From Tubulanus polymorphus (Eukaryota > Animalia > Nemertea): a DNA stretch of 64,000 bases. The number at the start of each line of letters is the position of its first letter. Within the stretch, counting starts at the first letter, position 1. The position numbers and the translations under genes were made by a program. Below are positions 24,901 to 42,054 of this stretch, piece after piece. Location of the stretch: NCBI RefSeq assembly GCF_964204645.1, contig NC_134028.1, forward strand, positions 9,734,001 to 9,798,000, in the 5' to 3' direction. The notes under the pieces were generated by a model. The model made no database searches, was not told the origin of the DNA, and saw nothing but the letters and a program-made list of their open reading frames with translations.

Positions 24901-27900
24901 TTTGCGATTTTTCCATTCAGTGTGAAGGACATCAAAATAAACATTTATATAATACATATCTAAGAATTTTTTGAAATGAGAATTCCTTTCCACGATCTCA
25001 AACGTGTTTGATATTGTGTGACTCGTTGCAACGAAAACCGAGATCAAGTGCAGTTGCAAGTGACTTACAGTCAGTAGTCACATAGCAACTCACCCTCGCA
25101 TTCCATCTACTGGGAATTAGAGGAACTATTCTGGTGTGGAATCAGCCCCGGGGACCCAATATATCTTGTACAGTAAACCTCGCATAAGTCGGATCATTTG
25201 GGACTAGCAAAAAAATCTGAGTTTAAATAGATTTTATATTATGGGATCACACTTTACACTACAACATAGGTATAATAACGCTTTGGAATTAGACGGGGAA
25301 TCTAGTCAGATGGTAGTCGCACAGCCTGGGACCCTGGTTTTGTCCTCTATTTAACTGCAACGGGCTGTAATGTCCAAGAAGACCAAAAACACGATGATAT
25401 ATAATAGTTGTTCTTTATTATTGAGTCCAAAACCAGAATGATTATTATAGTCTTATTATGTTGATTACAAATATTATTTATAAGATAAAGGCCTACATGA
25501 TATAGGTTTCAATACAAAAACTAATCTGCCTAAAAGATATATTCTGTACTACTAGTTCAGTACAAATATTATTTTATTTCAAGTTATATGGTTTGCTTAC
25601 CTGTAATGTCCAAGAAGACCAAAAACACGATGATATATAATAGTTGTTCTTTATTATTGAGCGTCCAAAACCAGAATGATCCAGAACGGTCTATGCTTGA
25701 CCTTCTTGGTTTTGGCTCCGTCTTCTTGGACCGGGCAACCGATTGGTGGATAGAAACCAAGCTACAGTGGTGTTTACACAGGTGAAAGTTTGCCTAATAG
25801 TTTGGTCCACTAGTGGAGGGACTTTTGGATGAAGTAGTTTCCTTTAACTCTAATAAAAACACAATCGAGTCAGATGTCACTTTATATCGGGGTCGTATTA
25901 TAAACAATGACGTGTCAGCTCTGCTTGAGTATGACTGTTTTGATTTACTAAATAGTTGATATTCAAAAAGTCAGATAATATGAAATTGAATATGATGTAT
26001 GAAATGGTTATTTCATACTGATAAAAATGATGCTCAATATGTGATATAAATCTTCAATAAAAAAGGAGAAATTATAAATAATAATTTAGTGTTGTTACAT
26101 CGGCGAGTTTCTGACTTGTAAAATCCGACTGGGACAGAAATTAACTTGAAAATAAGAAGAAAAAAACGGGACCTCTGAATCTATACGACTTGTCCATTTA
26201 TCCGACTTATGCGGATCCGAATTATGCGAGGTTTACTGTATCTCATATACTACAAATTGTTCCTCTTGTGTACATGCCTAGTTTCATGAGTAAACGAAAA
26301 GGTTTCTCTTAAACTGCATTCAGTAGAACCATGGTTGTATAAACTAGACTAGTTTATATGTCCTAATTCGGAATCCTGGGACTGGAATAGTTTTGTCCGA
26401 ATTAAACGAAATCAGAATTATGTGCTCTCATTTGAAGAGAAATAACTTAGAGGGGACGGGAACTTTAGTCCGAACGGGAACTTTAGTCCGAAATAAGTGA
26501 AAATCTGACCAAAACCATTCTGAATTAAGCGAGTTGTACTGTACAAAAAAAAACGACAGCTGCCTCTTTATAGTAGGCCTATACATAGGTGTACGTATAT
26601 GTTACTAGTTTCCGGAAATTCCCAAAATGAAAATATGTCTCTTACTTACTCCACGGTCAGATTTAACGAACTGGTTCCTAGACACTAACGAGAGAGAGAG
26701 AAAAAGAAAAGGATAAATAATATTGTGAGAAACGTTTCCTTTGAGTACCATTGACTAGCCCAGTTAGCAGTTAGTATATACCTCTCTTGTCTATTTTTGT
26801 TTAACTTTGCGGTGGGATGCGTTATTCTTCAGGAGAAGTTATGGTATTTTTCATGGAATCAATGAATAGTGCCCATTACAACTTTTCATAATTCTAAGAA
26901 TTTCATCAAATGCTATGTCCGGGGTTTACTGGCACAGTCGCACATCGCCCAGTCACCAGCTCAGCTTCAAATCCCGCTGATGTTCGTACTTTTCAGTCGT
27001 TAAACATATTGCAAAAAGATAAGCCGTAGAAACAATCTTTGCATGACACCGTCGGAGCACTTATCCAGGAAACCTTCATAACTGATTATAGCTATTTAAT
27101 AAGCTTCATTTCTCACTGCAATACTGCATTTATTTATTTATATAACATCCGCTATGATAAGGTTATGATTTTTATACCCGTGAATCCTTGAAAGCTATTG
27201 TAGGCGCTCTGATTCTTAGAACTGTACAGGAAACCACTTGTCCATGATAAAGTAGGACTATATCTCCCAGACTCCTGAAGTGATTTTTTCAAAGAATCAA
27301 TTTTAGCAGTCTGTATGTCGGATATTATGATACTTGAAGTGAGTGTCCCTGGATCTAGAATATTGATTTCAACAATGAAATGTTTAATTTTTTAAGTAGT
27401 GGCCCGTATCCCTTCAAAGGTCACAGAAATTGATACCTAGGAACTTTGGTTGGCCGGGGTCCAGAAGAAAAGACAAGGCATTTTTCAGATCAAGCAGCCA
27501 TCCACGGGAATTAGATATTTCTCATGAAATGTTGAATTATAAAGATCCCCGTATTTGTAAAATAATTTAGTCATTACAGTATTCTTTAAAAGTAAACATC
27601 TTATACGTATGTATAATGATTTTTTGTTTATTATTTTCTTTTTCTTCTTTTAAGTATTTCGAGGTGAGATGGAATCCGTGAAAGACATTCCCGAAATTAG
27701 CCATACTGAAGTCAACGTGAAAGTGAATAAACTCTATCGACAGCCGTTCATTAAACAACCGTTCAAAACTAGTGCGAATCACCCGAAAATCTACAACGGA
27801 TCGGTTTATACTCCTACGAAATGTCACGTTATGTATGGAGAGGGTGAATTTCTATTTACCGGCAAGATACGATTCGGGCGTCCGATTTTACAGTGTGCTC

Positions 27901-27974
27901 CGCAATGGGAACAATGGGTACAACTTCGATCTGATGCAGTCCGCAATGGAGCGTATATGTGTTTATTACAGTAG
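9979..27974 (+). CDS. METRNL: Meteorin / Meteorin-like secreted protein (4 coding exons)
   Basis: Exons 9979 (or 10012)-10136 (hydrophobic signal peptide then RDTQCYWKI), 14355-14731 (VGCPEGRIDWFGLEGALRMRF...LFAEA), 21402-21458 (ECRPCTDNEMLLAFCTSDF), 27655-27974 (VFRG...TPTKC...GEFLFTGKIRFGRPILQCAP...CLLQ*). Intron phases 2,1,1 are consistent. CxEGxIxW..GALR, CRPC..E.LLA.CTSDFV and FLF.G..RFG...L.CAP are Meteorin-family hallmarks. METRN versus METRNL orthology is not resolvable by eye (likely a single co-ortholog). Confidence 0.92.
13884..14020. repeat. Minisatellite, ~26-bp unit, ~5 copies
   Basis: CAGTAT(C/T)ACA(G/A)TGTCACTGGTC(C/T)(G/A)A(C/T) repeated. Confidence 0.8.
17356..17382. repeat. 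(GGA)n microsatellite
   Basis: About 9 consecutive GGA units. Confidence 0.9.
17400..18150 (-). mobile_element. Possible decayed LINE 3' remnant
   Basis: Broken minus-strand frames give LQHR.R, RTRG and LPD fragments reminiscent of the CR1/L2-type ORF2 C-terminus; heavily degenerate. Confidence 0.3.
23578..24596. repeat. Recent tandem duplication, 2 x ~510 bp
   Basis: 23578-24086 and 24087-24596 are nearly identical (both begin ATTTTAGCCACTTTGTTGC and end TTCTCCAAGGC). Confidence 0.95.
24496..24740. mobile_element. hAT-type MITE with 5-bp TSD
   Basis: Termini CAAGGGCGGG / CCCGGCCTTG, ATAAT on both sides; its 5' ~100 bp are copied at 23986-24086. Confidence 0.65.
25171..26238. mobile_element. 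Tc1/mariner (pogo-like) non-autonomous element
   Basis: TA-CAGTAAACCTCGCATAAGTCGGAT ... ATCCGAATTATGCGAGGTTTACTG-TA; internal ~75-bp duplication (25366/25602). Confidence 0.8.
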
Positions 27975-28079
27975 GATAAGAGTATTCCGAATAATCTGAA
28001 GCGAAACGTTTCTATAAGAGTTTTGTACCCCTGGCATCTGTTTTTCTGTTGTTCGAGCCTATCCTAAATTCGATATCAA

Positions 28080-28860
28080 ATAGTGTACCGGATAGAATAT
28101 CAAACACTGTCTGCGAAACATTGTATCCTGAACACAGTTTGTGAAACAGTCTATCCTAAATGCTGTCATTTATCAGGATATGAGAAATATTGTACCCTGA
28201 ACTTACACGTAGATATTATGGACAGTGCACGCTGGACCCTGTGCTGTATGGTACTGTAAAACAGTATACCCTAAACCAAAAATTCATAAAGACTAGTCTT
28301 TATGAATTTTTGCCTAAACGCTGTAGTATAGTGTGATATGAAACAGTGTAGCCTTAGCCCTGGGCAAAATGGTGTCTTTAGTTGTGTATTGTCTTGACAT
28401 ATTTTCAGTATGCTGGGAATCAGTAAAACCTTAATACTGCTCTTTGCGAAATGGTGTACCATAACACTGTATAGTGTGCTGCGAAACAGTGTACCATAAA
28501 CACTGACGTGTACTGTGTAATGGTGTGCCATGACAACTGGTGTGCTACGAAGCGGTGTACCATGAACACTGTAGTGTGCTGTAAACCAACACACCGTGAA
28601 TATTATGCGTCGTCAAACCAGAACGCTGCTCTTTGCTGTGAAATGGTGTACCATGAACACTGTAGTGTTCTGTGAAATGGTGTACCGTGAACACTCTATA
28701 GTGTGCTGTGAAATAGTGTTTCGGTACCATGAACACTGAAGTGTGCTGTGAAACAGTGTACCGCAAACTCTAAAGTGTGCTGACGAAATAGTGAAGCCTG
28801 ATTTCTGTAGTGTGTTGTAAAACAGTATATATTGTAAATATTTTACCCTATGAACAGTGT
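28080..28860 (+). repeat. Degenerate 34-bp minisatellite downstream of the Meteorin-like stop codon
   Basis: Unit GAAA(C/T)(A/G)GTGTACCATGAACACTGTAGTGTGCTGT, period 34 (e.g. 28640, 28674); best conserved 28440-28790. Confidence 0.8.
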
Positions 28861-30036
28861 TGTATAAATGATTATGAATAGTATGTGCAGAAAACAGAAT
28901 TCTCAAACGGCTGCTCCTTTGTGGGTTGCCTGATTGTGTGGCGGATAAGCTGTTGTTAATGGCATATGTACATTTAAAAAGGACTATCTTTTTATCCACA
29001 GATGCAGATCTGTTAAAAAAGAAAAAAAACTTATGAAAAATATGCCCGTGAGGGATCTGATTCCAGGGGCTGGGACAAATATGAGGTACCGGTATGCAAA
29101 TGTGAGAGGATTGAGGTACTTTGACCATCTACATGTTCCAACTTAGAAACTATTCTAAATTCACTGCCTTTACTCATCATTCCACATTCAACTGTCATTC
29201 TAGGGTGGCAGTTAATTTCATTCAATTCATTACCATTTGACCTGGGCCAAAGTTAATACATGTGTATAAAACCAGCCCCGGGGCCCAGTTTCAAAAAGTT
29301 TCAAGTCTAAAATCGATTCCAGGTACCGGTATAATTCTTTTCATGAAACTCGAGCTCCAGGGCACTCTTTTATTAACCAGTGACTTAACCATGGGATTGA
29401 TTAATTCAACTGAAAAATTATTGACTAAACTTCTATGGCTGAATTGAAATTTATCTATGAAACTAAAGCCACAGTGTGAGTTGATGATAAGAAAAAAATA
29501 TTGATATGTTTATAAGGTTAGTTTCGTTTGTTATACCGGTGTTTTTGGTTTATGTAAATGGTGCTATATAGTTAGAAAAAATGAATTACATTTTATGTAT
29601 TGTAAATAATTATATGTTTGCTGAATTCTTTAAGAGTAATTTGTTCTATATCAGGATCATAATTCCAATGATATGTTAGCGTACAGAATTGGTGGTGCTG
29701 CAAATCAAACTGTCATACCCGAAGCTGGTTCCATGATCACGTATTGACATAATAAATGCAAGGGGCCCGGTTGCTCAAAAGTTGGTTTAAGATAACCTTC
29801 CAATAGATACCATAGTATTAATGAACTTTTTATTGTCACTGTGTCGAATATTCACTGGTTAACTCTAACCATCTTAAGCGACTCGCCCCTACTAATATTT
29901 GCCCATGTTATAATGAAATCGAACTACAGACTACAGGTATGTTACCCATGTTCGGGGTGATTTGTAGTACCAGACCTTGTCATATTATAGAAAACCGAAT
30001 TTGACGTTCATTAAAATGAATTTGCCTAGTATAACA

Positions 30037-30117
30037 CATCCTCTCTTTGCAGGGATTCGAAGCTGATGGCATCTCTAGACTCAGCCATCAGGTTCGAATC
30101 CCTGCGAAGGGAGGATG
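30037..30117. repeat. 81-bp palindrome; member of an inverted-repeat family also at ~32698 and 34403-34552
   Basis: CATCCTCTCTTTGCAGGGATTCGAAGCTGATGGC, 13-nt loop, GCCATCAGGTTCGAATCCCTGCGAAGGGAGGATG. Confidence 0.8.
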
Positions 30118-30496
30118 AGTATAACACTACAGAGAAAAAAGCTTCATTTCTTATATCTATTATTAGAATCAGAGATTTATTTTCCTAGAGATATAAATTG
30201 GAATTTACCCTCAAGGCATTCTGTTTATAAAAGAATGAAGTTGGAATTGACCTTGATTTATATATATTCCACCTCGGCAGTGCTTAATACCTAATAATCG
30301 ATATTAATGATAAATGATTGTATGAATTTTGTTTTAAATTCTTTGAAGGATGGTTTATTAATGGTAATATAAAAATGTGCGTTCACCCTCAACACTTTAT
30401 ACGGAACTTTACTATTTCTTGTGTGAACTGATTGGTTGCTAAAGCTTGTGTAAGGTTAGGCAAATTTCATGGGTGAATTGTTCATCATATAAACAA

Positions 30497-30753
30497 CAGG
30501 GTCCGATCTAAGCACTTGTCTGATTGCCCGGGACAAGTATATTCTCATCAGGGCAAGTAGGTTTTCATAATCACTTGTCCGCCGGGCTAGTGCAATTTTA
30601 TGTCACAAAGCTTTTTTCCCACTCGATACAACAGATGACAGTGCCACCAATCGGACTGCCTGTGTAGGGCAAGTATTTTTTGGAGGGGGCAATCAAAATT
30701 CCAGATATGCTTACCCCCGGGCAAGTGGCTTTTATTCCTTAGATCGGACCCTG
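30497..30753. mobile_element. hAT-type MITE
   Basis: Perfect 16-bp TIR CAGGGTCCGATCTAAG; repeated GGGCAAGT/ACTTGTCC subterminal motifs; no TSD visible. Confidence 0.7.
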
Positions 30754-32051
30754 CTGCAATTGAATTTGAGACACATTTAGCAGATTTCATCCTTTAAGAT
30801 AGCTACGTCCCCTTTGATGTACCCTATGAAACGTGTTTCTACTTATTACACTGAACTATAAGGGATAAAAGGGGGTTTAAATTAACTTGTAGAACTCACT
30901 GAATGCTGTGTTGATTGGTTTGTAATAAACTAATATAGCTACGCCCCCTACGATATCCCCCTAAAACACATTCTGCAGCTGTAAGAGATCAAACAATGCT
31001 TTGAGTGAACTTTTTGTGCAGCTCATTAAACCACGCTTAACCTTGTATAATATAACCAGGTTCCTCGTACAATAAGATGGCTACACCCCCCAGAACATAC
31101 CCCATAAAACACAATTCCTCACAGTATCCAATATATTGATTAATATAATTCCCTTCAGTTTGAATGCAGAAAACCCATTATCACTGCATTATAACTTCAT
31201 TCATTTATTCAGATTTACACTAGTGTCTCTGCCGAAGGTTTATTAATTCCTGTTTAAGAGATTAAGCTTGAGGCTCTTTTTACTTGCGGATTCATTATTT
31301 TGATGTATACCTACCTACGTACCTCCTGCGAGACTGTGAGACGGGAACTTCATAGAGAAACTACGTAGTATACTATATGTATATATAAACTTAGCCAAGT
31401 ATGTTATTTCAGTGTGTGGTATTTATTTTTTACAGCAAGTGGTTTTTGTAAGATTTTAGTTAACTAGGTTTTTGGCTCCATTTCGCACAGTGCTTCAGTA
31501 CAATGCATGTATTTTAAAACCAGACATATGCGAATCAGTCTCATTGCACCGAAATGTTCCGCTATTTTACAATCTAACATCAGATTAGTGAAATCTCCTG
31601 CGAGTTTTAAGTCGCACTTGTAGATATATGTGATGCATTTACTCTCTTACCCAATACAATCTTTTCAAACCAAGACAACTGTTGGCAATATGAAATTCGA
31701 AATCTTGAAATTCGATGCTGCTCATGGTGTAGTACCCTGGACCCACTTCCACAGTCCTTGGTAAGATTTGACTTGTAATGAACGATGGCCTTTAATCAAT
31801 TCAGGTTAAAGCATTGAATAAGAACTTTTTTTAACTCATTCAAACTGGATCCCGTTTCCATATAGAATGCAACCTTGTTACAATGACGATTTATCAGTTA
31901 TTACAAACCTAGAAATTCATACCAAATAGGACAATTATAAAAGGGACCAATGTAATATGAATTCCAATTCACATGCGTCGTAGAGGCTTAATTCTGAATT
32001 GTTGAAGAATGTAAGATATTTGTACATTTTGTAAATAATGAAAATGTTGTT

Positions 32052-32057
32052 AATAAA
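32052..32057 (+). terminator. Candidate distal polyadenylation signal of the Meteorin-like gene
   Basis: AATAAA preceded by several TGTA elements and followed by a GT-rich tract (TTTGTTGTTTGGTTGTT); would imply a ~4-kb 3' UTR. Confidence 0.4.
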
Positions 32058-32108
32058 ATTTCTATGTATATATTTGTTGTTTGGTTGTTAGATGACTGCT
32101 ACACGCTA

Positions 32109-32282
32109 CAGTGGAACCTTGTTACAACAAACTTCACGGGACCAGAAAATCTGTTCGCTATAACCATTAGTTTGTTATATCCAGTATGAAATTAATTAAA
32201 TTTTCTTACTTGGGACGAAATTCTATATTTTTTATTTCCGATGAATCGTTGTATCCGAGTTCATTACAAGGTGGTACCACTG
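32109..32282. mobile_element. Tc1/mariner-type MITE
   Basis: TA-CAGTGGAACCTTGT ... ACAAGGTGGTACCACTG-TA. Confidence 0.65.
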
Positions 32283-32347
32283 TAATTCAAACCACATGTC
32301 TATATCACTTTTTGAAAATGTGGCGACAAAATGTCAAATTGCAGGGT

Positions 32348-32494
32348 TAGGCTAAGAATTAAACCAATGTACCTTGTTTCTCATAATCGGCCGAGTCAAG
32401 TGTACAGTACAGCAATGTACAAGGTATATACACAGCCGGCCAGGGCAACTTTAAAGCTTGGCTATGAGAAACAAGGTTTCAATTTTTTAGCCTG
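32348..32494. mobile_element. Academ-like MITE (relatives at 45490-45712 and ~48635-48800)
   Basis: TAGGCTAA..ACCTTGTTTCTCATA / TATGAGAAACAAGGT..TTAGCCTG inverted termini. Confidence 0.55.
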
Positions 32495-35400
32495 AGCTTG
32501 GGTGATCAAAATTATAGGCATAGGGATAAAGTGTTGAATGGTCTGACTAGGTTCTAGGCATGGCAGCAGAAAGGCCACCAAATGGCAGCAAAAATTGTGC
32601 ATACAATTGCCCTGTGCGTTTCATCACAAAATTCTGTCTCTTGCAATAATCTGGATTTTCACCTTTTTAGCCCACTTGGGACTTTCGTTCCAGCGGGCAT
32701 CCTCCCTCGTCAGGGATTTAAACCAGATGACATCGCTACCCAGCCACAGCATGAAAACCCTTGCTACCTCACTAGCCTGAATGCAGAAATTTGCCTGCGC
32801 GATAGCCTGTTGTCGCCGAGTCAAATTTTACTGATAATTATAACTTTGAATAATCTGGGCTTGAATAAATCATGATTTCTGATTGGCTAATATAAATGAC
32901 ATCTAAGCCGCACATGTACCTGCGCACTTGGGCTACTCGGGTAGCGTTTTGTACCATGGCAGTCTCAATACCATCAGGTACCCAAGGATGCCCAACAGGC
33001 TATTTTGCATTCTCTTCTCATTAAAAGTAAATAGTAGTCGGGAAGTACAGATGTATTCATTTTTACGGCTCTCAGTTGAAATAAAATTGCTTCTTGCGCA
33101 TGTATTCTCCAGATGCAGGAGCTGTCTATTCACTATTTATTTACAATCAATTTGGTCTCATGTATGGTCAACCACCGTTTTGTTATCAACTTTTAAAGCC
33201 GGGAAATCCATACACTGACACTGATACCTTGAGGTTCCGGTTATTAAAAGATGACTCTACACTGTGCTAATAAAATTACTTCACTTGCGGGATGTTAGGT
33301 CCAACACAAACGTATCATTTGTTGAAGAATATGAAAATATCAGAGGCTATGCTTTTTATTTGACTGCGGGCAGGTTCATTTGTTTATTTTGATAAATAAG
33401 ACTTATATTTAAGAACCTTGAAGTGGGAGGGTGCATTTTATTCACAACGCAAATTTGCTGGTAAATTTTCTGACACAGGCGGGATTTGTAAGTGTTGAGA
33501 AATAAGGTATAATACATGTATTTTTGGCCCGATTCTTTTTATTAAACATGAAAATTCAATAAACTTTAATTCCATCTTTAAGGGTTGATGTTGCAAATGT
33601 GGCCATGTCAATTTGGGGAGTGACATACTAGCTAGTGAACTGAATCGATCCTGGCCCATCGATGCTTTTACGAGATACAGTCAAAGCTCATTATACCGCC
33701 CATCCGTTTTACCGCAAAATTCACCAATCGCCAAGAATTTCCTCGTGCACAGTTCATTTGGTATCTATATGCATGTAAATTGCTCTCGTTATACCACCTC
33801 TCATCCTCTGCCAGAACGCCAACAAAATCCTAGAACAGTCCTATTCAAACCCATAGAGAAAACATTCGTTATACCACCAACGATCTTTCGTCAACGATGT
33901 TTCGAGTCTTTTGGTTAAGAACCGATATATGTGGTCGGCAGTATCACACATAATTTCTTCTATTATCTAAATGAAATGAGCTAAGACATTTACCCTTTCC
34001 TAAATTAAGATTAATTGATGTCAAATTATGTCTAATTCTGGATTTGGTTAATAGTCAAGTCTTGTAAACTATGTGTATTCTCACGATCGTCATTTCGTTA
34101 TACCGCCAAAATTTTGACGGTCCTGGAGTTGGTATTATAATGAGATTTGAATAATTGTAAATAAATAAATGTTTTAACGTTTTACTGACACTATTGCTAT
34201 TCCTATTCAGTACTGTTTGGTACCCTTTTGTTCGTTTCAGTGTTGAATGAAAAATCATTCATTTGATGGCATATTTTATCATAATCCTCTGTGAAACAAA
34301 ATATTTTGTTAGAGTGTAAATAAAATATTAATAGTATTCTTAAAATATTCGAAGAACAGTTTTTTTCAAACATTTTCATATTTCACATTTTTGGACATCT
34401 GAGTGACCCCGTCCTCCCTCGGCAGGGATTCAACCCCAATTACATCGCTACAATTGGGCACAGTACGCAGCCCTGCCACACTAGACATGGCAGGGTTTTG
34501 TACTGTGGCGAGTTTCAATGCCATCAAGTTTGAATCCGGGCCGAGGGAAGACGATCTGACACCTACCGGTTTCCAAACAATAACTTTTGAGGCGCCCATT
34601 ATATTATTCTAACCAAATTGTCTAGTTTTGCCGCCAATGTTCTATATTACTGGTGGAAAATAGTTTCATCGCATGGACTCGAAACTGGCATTAGAATAAT
34701 TACAAAACTTCTATCTCAAGAGCGAGGGCGCGCGATTTTTAGGTGCATCTGTCCACACTGCGTCCTTAAATTGAATCCTTTCATACACATCCAATTTGGT
34801 CCTCTCTCCTCTGAAAATCAAGCGCACGCTTACCTCACAAATCTTAAATAATATCTACATACATTTTATTAATTCGTACTAAACACAATCATTTACACAC
34901 TAAATGACGACAAAGCGATTCATTGAAGACCCCTCTAGATAGCAGCACGGAGAAACAACACATGCCCCTGAAATCATAAGTATAAATCTAGTTAAATACA
35001 TGTGTTTAGCCATTTATGAAGTAATTATGCATTCAACAGGAAGGGAGGAAGGTCCAGGGACCTTGATAACTTGAGCAAACTCAATTCAATTATCATATAT
35101 TGCTGAAACTAGATTCATTTATCAAACTGCCATGCAGAAAAAATGAATTAATCCAGAGATTGAGGGGAAATTATCGTGGTCTGAATTCAACGGTATATTT
35201 CAGGCAAAGGGTGCCATTTGGTGGACATGCCAGTACACATAAATATTGGCACCACCTACCCAAGTGATTGATTGAAAGAGGAACATAAACCCTTGCAGAA
35301 TGTTATCTACATGCAGTTTAATGGTTTAATCCATTTGGGACACTATTGCCTTATTCCGAGTGCTATATGTTTTAAAAATATTTTCAACAAGTGAGCACAT

Positions 35401-36070
35401 GCTGATATTTGCAGCTAACCCAATCAGAAGACTTCACTCGCTCATTGGCTTTTTCAGAGCGTACTCATTTCATTACTATATACCATAACCCTGTGAAACC
35501 GCAAGTCTTTTTTAACCCAGAATGCATACTTAGCTAATCAATTTCCCCTTTGTTTACAAGTGAACACAACATAGGCTACTGTATAAATGACACCCTTTCT
35601 GTGCCTGAGGATAACATGCAGGTCCTCCCAATCAGATACTACAGATTGGAGACACAGATAGTTTTTTTTCTAATCTACTGACAGTCAGTTGCTCACAATA
35701 TTGACTGCCTGAATTCAACTGTTGCTGTCAGCTTAGCAGCAGATGTAGTGAAATTTATTTTCAGGGTTAGGGGACATTGTTGCACCAGTTCAAGCAGATA
35801 CCCATCAGCGCGCAAAAATCACATAACACATATACAGTAACCACCAATACGAGGTAGCCTAGATCATCTTTTCTACGCTTATAACTATCTCAGCTACGAC
35901 ATCTAAACCGCAATAAACAGGTTTCGTATAGGCCTAAGGCCTGAACAATGAGGTTCAGACAGTAGCAACTGGGCAATTCGAAATTATGAGTTGGTTGGTT
36001 ACTGCAAACCGACTTCTACATAAACCTCTCTGAAATTTGCATTTATTGGACGAGCTACCTCAAAGTGGGT

Positions 36071-40730
<4,660 letters not shown>

Positions 40731-41695
40731 GTTGTAATTGTAGAGGGCGCAAGTGTAGGGCTTTCGGCACATTTAGAAACATTGATATAAAAAACTCCAA
40801 ATTTTCAATTTATTAAGAGGGTTTAGATGTAAATAGATCCCTCCTGTAGTCTGTCGATTGTTTAAGTACACTGTGTATTTGTATATATAGTAACCGTTAA
40901 ATAACCTTTTTATGTTTTTAAAATCCTTTTATTTTTCGCTTGATATGTAAATATTTGTTAACAAAATCATTTTCCCTCCACGAACCATGGAGAGTAATAA
41001 ATTATCTAATAAATTTATCGGCAGGTAGGGTATTCTATGGCAGATAGGGTTATTCAGTGGTGTACCTGAACACCAATTAGAGATGGCGGCTATGCAGATG
41101 GCGCTATAGGACGATAGAGCTGCAAATACAATATTGCGGGGCGAAAAACACTGATGGACGTGGGAGTGCTGCCCTGTTAGGGCTACTCTCGTGCTTGCAT
41201 GTTCGAGTCCCCTAAATTGTAAATTTTGTTGTTTTCCTAATTTCTTAATCCCCCTATGTACGGGCTCAGGCTAGCTCGAATGGACTAAGCAGCCAGCTTA
41301 GCCGGGCCCGACAGTGTAAAATGCCCTTTTAATTTTTTTAATTTAATCAAATTTTTCTGTAAATGGACAAATAGAGCATCTGTTTTAAGGCGCACTAATG
41401 TGCCCTTTTTGGCAAATCCGGTGACTAATCTGACCGGGCATGACTAAATTAGTCACAGAAAAAAGTCAAATGCTGTACTAGTCCGCTCGCTTACAAAAGA
41501 ACAAAATTGGTTTGACAATAACTGTTAAGTCTGATTGGGGTTGAGTGACTCCTAGTGCCCTTTTTTCTCCGGTGAGGCAACAAACTGGATCGGCCCCTGT
41601 TCGGCGTGTTTACACTAGGATGGCGTGTGGTTTTAATAGACACAATTTTATTATCTTAAAGTCGCAGGAAATAGGTTGGAAATTCATGACTCTAA

Positions 41696-42054
41696 AGCCG
41701 CGATCACACGGAGACGATTTGGTCCGGGCCAAAATGACACGGATCAGGCTCGGGCCAAATTTGGCCCGTGCCTAATTAGAGAGCGCGTTCACACGCAAAC
41801 CATTCATTCGATACTAAACAATGCTCACACAAAGCGAAGTGGATCATTTCCGGTACCAGTTGCAATTCAAACGCAATCATTTGTCTGGTGCTAAAATTTG
41901 GCTCGGGCCTGGTCCGACGTTTTTGGTCGGGCCAAACTTGGCCCGGGCCAAACAGGCTCGGGCCCATTTGGCACTCGTGTGAACAGTTGTTCCGGGCCAA
42001 ATTTGGCACGGGCCAAATTTGGCCCGGGCCAAAAATGATCGTGTGATCGCAGCT
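41696..42054. mobile_element. PIF/Harbinger-type MITE, copy 1
   Basis: TIR AGCCGCGATCACACG / CGTGTGATCGCAGCT, TAA TSD, many TTTGGCCCGGGCCAAA palindromes. Confidence 0.85.

Noticed and set aside
28440-28790. CAGTGT motifs as iron-responsive elements
   Set aside because: CAGTGT lies in the stem of the repeat hairpin, not in an apical loop above a C-bulged 5-bp stem.
41525-41545. Minus-strand AACCCCAATCAGACTTA as RNase P RNA CR-V
   Set aside because: No convincing GGAAGGTCTGAG-type CR-I partner upstream; kept only as part of the unexplained-segment finding.
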